From contig JAPHTA010000014.1 of the NCBI GenBank assembly GCA_026196475.1, forward strand, positions 934 through 64,933: a stretch of DNA of 64,000 nt, written 5' to 3'. A program made the translations under genes and the position numbers. The stretch is from Sedimenticola sp. (lineage in GTDB: Bacteria; Pseudomonadota; Gammaproteobacteria; Chromatiales; Chromatiaceae). Positions 57,568 through 64,000 of this stretch are shown one piece after another; the first letter of the stretch is position 1; each line of letters starts with the position of its first letter. The notes beneath the pieces are model-generated. The model was not told where the DNA came from, ran no database searches, and saw nothing but the letters and a program-made list of their open reading frames with translations.

Positions 57568-58146
57568 TTAGCTGGACTTATCCGTCGCTTTTACAACCGT
57601 TAGTTCATCCTGCATGCCGTGATGTGCAATTCCGCAGTACTCCAGACAGCGCACCTTGTACTTACCCGGCTCGGTAAACGTATAAACAAGCGATGAAGCC
57701 TTCTCCAGTCCCGGAATCAACATCATGTTGAAAAGTATTTTTCCGTTAGGGTGATATACGGTAAAGCCATGCATCGTATCCACGCTCTTTACCGAGAAGC
57801 GAACAGGCTTGCCAACTTCAAACTCCCGATCGGAAATTTCGTAGCTCCAGGATCGAGCCGTCACATCCACATCCTGTATAGCCACCCCGGATGCCTCTGT
57901 CGCTGCTGTCTTCGACATCGGCATGTAGCTGATGCTGTATACGTTCGCGATCACGAAAAGCGCTACAGCGCTGAAAATCCAGACTGTTTCAATGCGCGTT
58001 AATTTTCCACGGCCTGTATTGCTCGGTGTTGGGTCAACAAAACACTTTCGATAGACAATGAACGGAAATACAAGCAGGAAAGGAAGTTGAAAAAGAAGCA
58101 TCAAGGTAAACGCTCCCCAACCAGTTTGATATATAAAATCAAGCAT
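57568..58146 (-). CDS. Haem-copper oxidase subunit II with intact CuA centre
   Basis: It has two N-terminal TM helices and a cupredoxin domain with DTMHGF and CLEYCGIAHHGM (C-x3-C-x3-H-x2-M). Confidence 0.8.
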   Translation of the reverse strand: MLDFIYQTGWGAFTLMLLFQLPFLLVFPFIVYRKCFVDPTPSNTGRGKLTRIETVWIFSAVALFVIANVYSISYMPMSKTAATEASGVAIQDVDVTARSWSYEISDREFEVGKPVRFSVKSVDTMHGFTVYHPNGKILFNMMLIPGLEKASSLVYTFTEPGKYKVRCLEYCGIAHHGMQDELTVVKATDKSS

Positions 58147-58459
58147 ATTCTGATATCCCTTTAGTGATTAGTGGATGACTGCATTGTAAAAAAGTGGCAA
58201 TCAGGGCTAATTGCAGCACCTAAGGACAGTACAAAGCTAACAACTCGTTAGTTGGCGGGTTCAGTTGCAACATCAAACCTAGTGTCATGAAGTATCTCCT
58301 CCTCGCAGTGATTATTATTTATTTAAAACCGGCTTCATGGTCTGAATAATCGATAGATTACTCATCCTTCCGCTTCGCCCGGAATGCCGTCATCAAACGG
58401 CACCCCCGGCTGTGTTTTACGACAAGAGCCTACGCACTACCTGTAGGTAATCTCTTTAT

Positions 58460-58489
58460 GACGGCATATGACGCAATTTGTATGCCGTC
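58460..58489. repeat. Perfect 9-bp inverted repeat GACGGCATA-N12-TATGCCGTC in a long non-coding region
   Basis: I read this directly from the sequence; coordinates may be off by 1-2 nt. It lies ~320 nt upstream of the oxidase subunit II start. Confidence 0.6.
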
Positions 58490-58862
58490 TTGTATCTCAC
58501 AACGGATGTCGGTTCCGGAAAACGGTCGGAGGCATCAACCCGGAAACACTCAAACACCCTGAAATATATGGTTTTTTCTTTTTGTGGTAAACAGGAAGTA
58601 GATTAGCCTGGGATGTCAGTTTAACGAGGGAGTAAAACAGGGGATTTTGCAGGAGACAAATCCCATACCAATTCTGGCACAGGATGTAACACTATCTGTC
58701 GGTATACATTAAGAGTGCAGTGACCATACAAGCTATCAGGAACATCGCGTCAAGAATTACTGCATATACTTATACTCTTCATTTCCCGCCCTGCTGCGGG
58801 AATCGAGGGAAAAGAAAGAAAGGATCGTAATCCCGGGCGGGCGGGAGAGCAAAAGGCGGGGC

Positions 58863-59021
58863 TCATGTTGGTCGATCAGAACTCTTTTCCTTGTGACGAG
58901 AATAGAAATAGATCACCAGGTTCTTGGAACCGAACATCACCGCGACAAAAACGAGGCCGATCAGAAACCCGATCCAGGGCTGATCCTTCAGGAGATCGAT
59001 AAACCAGAGTGTGCCACCCAT
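58863..59021 (-). CDS. Possible small membrane protein (52 aa)
   Basis: This is the C-terminal part of a 147-aa track ORF. From the internal Met it reads MGGTLWFIDLLKDQPWIGFLIGLVFVAVMFGSK with one clear TM helix. No convincing ribosome-binding site is present. Confidence 0.3.
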   Translation of the reverse strand: MGGTLWFIDLLKDQPWIGFLIGLVFVAVMFGSKNLVIYFYSRHKEKSSDRPT

Positions 59022-59148
59022 CGCCGTTGCACCATATCCGTGATTGCTGTTGTCCTGTAGAATAGCGCCGTTTGCAGCGTCGACGACATGACAATTCACA
59101 ACCGGCAACACCACTCCTGACACCCGCACCGGCGCAGGTACTTCCCCG

Positions 59149-59814
59149 ATGGAACGAAAACTCTTTCTTGGCATTCTCTCCGTTACCCTGGTCGCACTGG
59201 CCATTGCCCTGTTGTTGCCGGGTGGGCGCACACCTGATCGCGAACCGAGACTCCCCTGGCTGATCGAGGTGAACGAACTGGGCGCCCTGAAGGTGTTCGG
59301 TATCACCCTGGGAGAGAGTACGCTGCAACAGGCCCGGGAGAACCTGCAGGACCAGGGAAAGGTGACCCTGTTCCAGTCGCCAGAGGGTCAATACCGCACC
59401 GAGGCATACTTCCAGCGCCTCTTTCTGAGCGGGCTGAAAGCAGACCTGGTGCTGACCCTGGCGGTAGGTGTAAACGAGGCGCAGGAAATGTTCGAACGAG
59501 GTGAGCGGATCAGCCAGATGGGCAGCGGCACCCGAAAGATCGAGCTATCCAGTCGTGACCTGGAGGCGCTGTCACAAGCGCCGGTCGCCTCCATCACCTT
59601 CATCCCGGCGGCGGACCTGGACGCCGATCTGCTGAGTGGTCGCTTTGGCGAACCGGCGCGGCGGGTGAAAGAGACAGGTTCAGAGATCGTCCACTGGCTG
59701 TACCCGGAGAGAGGTCTGGATATCGCGCTCAACCCGGATGGCAAGGAGGTGTTCCAGTACGTCAAGCCGGCTGATTTCGGGCAGCTCACCGAACCGCTTA
59801 CCGGCCAGGAGTAG
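59149..59814 (+). CDS. Hypothetical membrane-anchored/exported protein
   Basis: This 221-aa ORF has an N-terminal hydrophobic anchor (LFLGILSVTLVALAIALLL) and non-repetitive composition. I recognise no family. Confidence 0.5.
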   Translation: MERKLFLGILSVTLVALAIALLLPGGRTPDREPRLPWLIEVNELGALKVFGITLGESTLQQARENLQDQGKVTLFQSPEGQYRTEAYFQRLFLSGLKADLVLTLAVGVNEAQEMFERGERISQMGSGTRKIELSSRDLEALSQAPVASITFIPAADLDADLLSGRFGEPARRVKETGSEIVHWLYPERGLDIALNPDGKEVFQYVKPADFGQLTEPLTGQE

Positions 59815-59824
59815 ATCACCCGGT

Positions 59825-60148
59825 TCAGTCGTCCGTGGACGCCAACTCCTCCGCAATATAGCGCCGGATTAAACCGTAGGCGTTAAGGGTGCTGGCCAGC
59901 AGCCAGAGCAGAATCACGAGACCGACCAAAAGGATGGCAGCGCGGCTCTGTGGTAACAGCAGAACCAGGATGGCGACCAGAGACAACAGAACCAGTGCGC
60001 CGATCAAGGCCCGTTTCAGCATCCCTTTCAACAGCGCCTCGGCAGCCTCCCTGCGGTCGACACCGGACTCGAGCAGGGATTGGCGCAGGGACTGGTAGCT
60101 GTTCTCTTTTCGCCGCTCGACACGGCCGAAGGGATCGTTCAGTTTCAA
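59825..60148 (-). CDS. Hypothetical two-helix membrane protein co-transcribed with ccoS
   Basis: An ATGA overlap joins it to the ccoS stop. It has two hydrophobic helices. Confidence 0.5.
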   Translation of the reverse strand: MKLNDPFGRVERRKENSYQSLRQSLLESGVDRREAAEALLKGMLKRALIGALVLLSLVAILVLLLPQSRAAILLVGLVILLWLLASTLNAYGLIRRYIAEELASTDD

Positions 60149-60438
60149 GACCCCTTCCCCTGCGACGGCTCCCCTTCCTGCGTCTTCTCTTCAGGGTCTC
60201 CGGTCACCGCCGCGGCGGAGTCGGCAGACGCCTTCTGATCGCCCTGATCAGGGGTACTGCTCCCGTTTTCGTCCTTGCCGTGTGATTTCCGCTGGGACAG
60301 GTCATCATCCATCAGGATACGGTTCGCCTCCCCCTCCAGGTCCTCGAACTGGCCGCTCCTGGCGGCCCAGAAAAATACCGCCACGCCGACCAGTCCGAGG
60401 ATCAGCATGCCGGGAATCAACCCGTAAATCACGTCCAT
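60145..60438 (-). CDS. ccoS: cbb3-type cytochrome oxidase maturation protein CcoS/FixS (with long hydrophilic tail)
   Basis: MDVIYGLIPGMLILGLVGVAVFFWAARSGQFEDLEG is the CcoS signature. Confidence 0.85.
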   Translation of the reverse strand: MDVIYGLIPGMLILGLVGVAVFFWAARSGQFEDLEGEANRILMDDDLSQRKSHGKDENGSSTPDQGDQKASADSAAAVTGDPEEKTQEGEPSQGKGS

Positions 60439-60463
60439 TCAGCCACTCCTGCGTCTGATTCGT

Positions 60464-62947
60464 TCAACCACGCTGGAGACCCCGGAACAGTGTCCGGATA
60501 CGCCCCGCGTTACCGATTACCAGCAGCGAGCTGATCGGCATCGAGACGGCCGCCACCAGAGGTGTGACAAAGGCCGCCATCGCCAACGGTACCATAATCA
60601 GATTATACGTGATCGAGATACCGATATTCTGGCGTATGGTGCGCAGGGTGCGGCGCGACAGCGCGGAGGCCAGACGCACCTTGTCCAGTTCACTGCTCAT
60701 CAGCACGATATCGGCACTGGCGATCGAGACGTCGGTACCGGAGCCGAGGGCGATCCCCACGTCGGCACGCACCAGTGCCGGTGCGTCATTCACCCCGTCG
60801 CCGACCATCGCCACCCGGTGGCTGTGCTGCTGCAGCTGGTCGATCACCCGGTCCTTGTCCTCGGGCAACACCTCGGCAATCACCGTCATGCCGCCAAGAC
60901 GGGCGGCGATCGCCTCCGCCGTGGCCTGCCGGTCGCCACTGAGCATGGTGATACGCATACCCGCCGCCTTCAGGTCCGCCACCAGGGCAGCGGCGTCCTC
61001 CCGCAGCGGGTCCTCGATACCGGCCACTGCCACCAGCCTGCCATCCACCGCGCAGAACAGGCTTCCGCTGCCGGCCTGGTCGAGCGCCTGCGCGGCCTGC
61101 TCCAGCCTGGAGTCCGAAACCACGCCGCTCTCCTCCATCCAGAGCCGGCTGCCAAGCACCACCGGCCTGCCATCAACCCGTCCCGAGACGCCGTATCCGG
61201 GCCGGTTCACAAAGCCGCTGACCCGTTTTCTGTCCGCCTTCAACCCGACGCCTTCGGCTGCCGTGATCAGGGCCCGGGCGATCGGATGCTCGGAGAACTG
61301 CTCCAGCTGCTGGAACTGGTCCAGCAACACCCTGATCCCCGGCTCCGCGGGGTCACCAGGTCGCCACTGCCGATCGGCCAGATCCAGGGAAGTCAACTGC
61401 ATTCTCCCCTGGGTCAGGGTTCCGGTCTTGTCGAACACGAAATGGTCTATGGAAGAGAAACGCTCCAGCACATCACCATTGCGAACCAGGATACCGTGCC
61501 GGGCACCGAGGCCGGTGGCCACCGCGATGGACATCGGCGTGGCCAGGCCAAAGGCACAGGGACAGGTGATAATCAGCACCGCCGTTGCCGCCATCAGGGC
61601 CAGTTCGAAATCGGTATCCAACCACCAGAAGAAGGTCGCCGTGGCCAGTCCGATGGTAATGGCGACGAACCAGGGAACGATGCGATCGGCCACGCACTGT
61701 ATCGGCGCCTTGCTCGCCTGTGCCTCCTCCACCAGGCGGATAATGCGCCCCAGGGCGCTGTCCCTGAGCAGGCCGGTCACCTCGATCTGCAGGGCACCGC
61801 TGCCGTTGATGGTGCCGGCTGAGACCCCATCCCCGGCCTGCTTGGCGATCGGTTGCGATTCGCCAGTGAGCATCGCCTCGTCGACCCGGCTCTCCCCCTC
61901 CTGCACGCAGCCATCCACCGGAATCCGTTCCCCCGGTCGCACCAGTACCCGGTCACCCGGCTTCACCGAGCGAATCGGCACCACCTTCTCGCCCTGTGGC
62001 AGCAGCAGCGTCGCCACCCTGGGCTGCAGGTCCAGCAGGCGCTGGGTGGAGGCCACCGCCTGGCGCTTGGAGATCGCCTCCAGGTAGCGGCCGACCAGGA
62101 TCACGAAGATGAAGTTGACCACCGTATCGTAGTAGACCTCGGCATTGACCGAGCCACTGAGCATGACGTAGACGGAGTAGAGGTAGGTAATGGAGGCGCC
62201 GATGGCGATCGGCACATCCATCCCGAGATGCAGGTTGCGAATACCCGACCAGGCCCCCTTGAAGAAGGGGGACCCGGAGTAGATCAGGGTCGGAGTGGCG
62301 AGTGCGAAGCCGACCCACTGGAAGAGGGACCGAAACTCGCCCTTGTCCGCACCGCTGTAGAGCGCAATGGAGATCCAGAGCAGGTTCATCATGGTGAAAC
62401 CGGCAAAGCCCATGCGATAGAGCAGGTGCCGGTTTTCACGTTTCAGACGGTCCTCAGCGGCATCAGGATCGTAGGGAACCGCGGCGTAGCCGATCTCCCC
62501 CAGTCGACGGATGATCTGCGACAGCTTTATCCGGCCGTTGTCCCAGGTCACGTGCAGCCGGCGACCGGACAGGTTGACCCGGGCGTTAACCACTCCGGCC
62601 ATGCCGAGCAGGGTCTGTTCGATCAGCCAGACACAGGCGGCACAGTGGATTCCCTCCACCAGCAGATGGATCTCCCGGGTCTCTCCCAGGTTCTCAACAA
62701 ACTCCTCCTGCACCTCGTCCAGGTCGTACAGGGCCAGCTCTTTCGGTAGTTCGGGAGGGGGTGCCAGTGGCGTGCCGTCGTACATCCGCTGGTAGAAACC
62801 CTCCAGCCCGGCGCTATAGATCGCCTCGCAGACCGAGCGGCAGCCGTTGCAGCAGAAGCTGCGCGGCTGCCCCTCGATCTCGGCAACAATCTCCTCGTTC
62901 ACCGGCAGCGCGCAGTGAAAACAGTGTTTTTCGACCCGGGTATTCAC
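60464..62947 (-). CDS. ccoI: Copper-translocating P1B-type ATPase CcoI/FixI
   Basis: It has an N-terminal CFHCALP ... FCCNGCR domain, HMA GIHCAACV, ITCPCAFG, DKTGTLT and GDGVNDAP. It sits between ccoH and ccoS. Confidence 0.92.
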   Translation of the reverse strand: MNTRVEKHCFHCALPVNEEIVAEIEGQPRSFCCNGCRSVCEAIYSAGLEGFYQRMYDGTPLAPPPELPKELALYDLDEVQEEFVENLGETREIHLLVEGIHCAACVWLIEQTLLGMAGVVNARVNLSGRRLHVTWDNGRIKLSQIIRRLGEIGYAAVPYDPDAAEDRLKRENRHLLYRMGFAGFTMMNLLWISIALYSGADKGEFRSLFQWVGFALATPTLIYSGSPFFKGAWSGIRNLHLGMDVPIAIGASITYLYSVYVMLSGSVNAEVYYDTVVNFIFVILVGRYLEAISKRQAVASTQRLLDLQPRVATLLLPQGEKVVPIRSVKPGDRVLVRPGERIPVDGCVQEGESRVDEAMLTGESQPIAKQAGDGVSAGTINGSGALQIEVTGLLRDSALGRIIRLVEEAQASKAPIQCVADRIVPWFVAITIGLATATFFWWLDTDFELALMAATAVLIITCPCAFGLATPMSIAVATGLGARHGILVRNGDVLERFSSIDHFVFDKTGTLTQGRMQLTSLDLADRQWRPGDPAEPGIRVLLDQFQQLEQFSEHPIARALITAAEGVGLKADRKRVSGFVNRPGYGVSGRVDGRPVVLGSRLWMEESGVVSDSRLEQAAQALDQAGSGSLFCAVDGRLVAVAGIEDPLREDAAALVADLKAAGMRITMLSGDRQATAEAIAARLGGMTVIAEVLPEDKDRVIDQLQQHSHRVAMVGDGVNDAPALVRADVGIALGSGTDVSIASADIVLMSSELDKVRLASALSRRTLRTIRQNIGISITYNLIMVPLAMAAFVTPLVAAVSMPISSLLVIGNAGRIRTLFRGLQRG

Positions 62948-63090
62948 CTGCGAATCGCCCCTCGCACCCCGTCTGCGGGGTACTGCCGGCGAAGCATACC
63001 GGAGAGCGCTGACCGTCGGCCAACCATCAGGTGGCTGCCGAGGGGCGTGGCATGGCGGGATCGTCAGTCAGTAAACGTGGCACTGTCGAT

Positions 63091-63585
63091 TCAGTTCACC
63101 CCGGCACTGACCCGGTGCGGGAGGTGATACTCGTCCTCCCCGTGTCTGGCACTGATCAGGATGTCCCAGACACCGAGCAGGGGGAAGCTTACCTCAGCCC
63201 GATAGACGCCAGCGTCCCGCACGCTCATCGGGACCGAAAAATCCTGCCTGGCATCAGACGGCCTGTAGGCGTGGAAGGTAACCGAGTCCGGTGCCACCGC
63301 ATTACCCTGCTTGTCCAGGATTCGCACACCGAAGTCGGCCGGCTCGGCAACGCCTACCGACCCGGGTGACAGCAGCTTCATCTCCCAGCCGGGATCCCGG
63401 GCCTGGCGCTTGAGCATGTTTTGCTCGAAATTCTGTCCCCGCTCGTAATAGTCATCCACCACCAGCCCCGGGTTGTTGGTCACCGCCAGGTAAACCATGA
63501 TGAAGTTGGCGATCAGGAAGACCACCAGCAGCCCGATCCAGCCGAGCACCCAGGGGTTGGTCCAGGGGGATTGTTTCTCTGTCAT
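63091..63585 (-). CDS. ccoH: FixH/CcoH family cbb3 oxidase assembly protein
   Basis: From the internal ATG it reads MTEKQSPWTNPWVLGWIGLLVVFLIANFIMVYLA, an anchor followed by a periplasmic domain. The gene order is ccoG-H-I-S. Confidence 0.78.
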   Translation of the reverse strand: MTEKQSPWTNPWVLGWIGLLVVFLIANFIMVYLAVTNNPGLVVDDYYERGQNFEQNMLKRQARDPGWEMKLLSPGSVGVAEPADFGVRILDKQGNAVAPDSVTFHAYRPSDARQDFSVPMSVRDAGVYRAEVSFPLLGVWDILISARHGEDEYHLPHRVSAGVN

Positions 63586-63640
63586 CTCAGTCACGCTGAC
63601 ATCCTCGTACGGTGTTGCGCCAGGTTCCGCCCCGCGGTGG

Positions 63641-64000
63641 TTACCTGGGACCAATAAATACACTTTCCCGTTGCGCGGTGTACACATTTCCGCTGGCATC
63701 ACGGGTCTCGGCATGGAAGGTTATGGGTATAGACTCCGCATCCAGGTTCCTCCTCGGCACCCTGACGAACACGGTGCGCGGGGTCACCATCCCCTTGCCG
63801 GCGTCAACCGGTTCATCGGCACCCACCACCACGAGACCTTCAATACCGCTGGCAGTGATCGTCACCGCCAGCGGTTCGGTCATCTTGTTGAGTACCTTGA
63901 CGGTATACTTGTTCTGGATCGAACCATCACTCTGCAGTACAAACAGGGGCTGCCTGGCGTGGATCACCTTGATCTCGATCGCATCCAGGGTCGACATTCC
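63641..64000 (-). CDS. ccoG: CcoG/FixG C-terminal part (5' end outside the window)
   Basis: The ORF is open to the window end. The Ig-like C-terminal domain sequence and the position upstream of ccoH fit FixG. Confidence 0.7.
   Translation of the reverse strand, partial: GMSTLDAIEIKVIHARQPLFVLQSDGSIQNKYTVKVLNKMTEPLAVTITASGIEGLVVVGADEPVDAGKGMVTPRTVFVRVPRRNLDAESIPITFHAETRDASGNVYTAQRESVFIGPR

Noticed and set aside
58184-58204. TGGCA ... TTGCA pair (TGGCAATCAGGGCTAATTGCA) upstream of the atypical oxidase, resembling a sigma-54 promoter. A related TGGCAC at ~58675 was also considered.
   Set aside because: The GG-to-GC spacing is 15 nt instead of 10, and the motif is on the plus strand, pointing away from the minus-strand operon. 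The TGGCAC at ~58675 has GTAAC rather than TTGC at the -12 position.
58981-59100. Apparent 1-nt disagreement between my manual nucleotide indexing and the ORF-track translations in this 120-nt stretch.
   Set aside because: The frames given by the ORF track are self-consistent on both sides. I treated the mismatch as my own reading error rather than a frameshift or pseudogene signal. Coordinates here were derived from ORF-track arithmetic.
1-64000. Search for tRNA, rRNA, CRISPR arrays, IS elements, integrases, phage genes or defence systems.
   Set aside because: I found no cloverleaf-like or repeat-spacer structure in the non-coding stretches (4242-4582, 7994-8263, 9071-9645, 21044-21351, 44625-45046, 58147-58862). 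No ORF has transposase, integrase or nuclease signatures. Absence by eye is not proof, so tRNAscan, Infernal and ISfinder searches would settle it.

Overview
The window looks like a proteobacterial (probably gammaproteobacterial chemolithotroph or methylotroph) chromosome segment with three parts. I found no rRNA, tRNA, CRISPR array, transposase or integrase.

(1) Positions 1-21.0 kb are high-GC housekeeping genes: glnD 3' end, manC, uppP and dapL-lysA. They also hold a complete aa3-type cytochrome c oxidase structural and assembly cluster: coxB-ctaD-ctaG-coxC, SURF1, ctaB, ctaA, SCO.

(2) Positions ~21.0-58.9 kb are a visibly lower-GC block.
- It carries a sigma-54 enhancer-binding protein and an essentially complete tetrahydromethanopterin (H4MPT)/methanofuran-linked formaldehyde oxidation module: fae, mtdB, mch, fhcBA plus fhcDC, mptG, mptN, afpA, DHPS-like, PTPS-like, DUF447, mfnB/D/E/F, pabB.
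- It also carries an NAD-type molybdenum formate dehydrogenase, folE2/mptA and idi.
- At its right end sits a CcoI-like copper ATPase, a second haem O synthase and a divergent CuA-containing haem-copper oxidase whose active-site motifs look NO-reductase-like.

(3) Positions 58.9-64 kb are high-GC again and hold ccoG(partial)-ccoH-ccoI-ccoS.

The most interesting signals:
- Five -24/-12 (sigma-54) promoter motifs sit in front of the C1 and formate operons next to the single activator gene. Two of them are placed so that the transcripts would be essentially leaderless.
- A pyruvoyl-type AdoMetDC-like ORF is translationally coupled to mfnB.
- A PTPS-domain fusion protein has a degenerate metal site.
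- The atypical oxidase has an H-x3-E motif and a Met in place of the second His of the helix-X HxH motif.

All functional calls come from motif and family recognition by eye. No database search was run.
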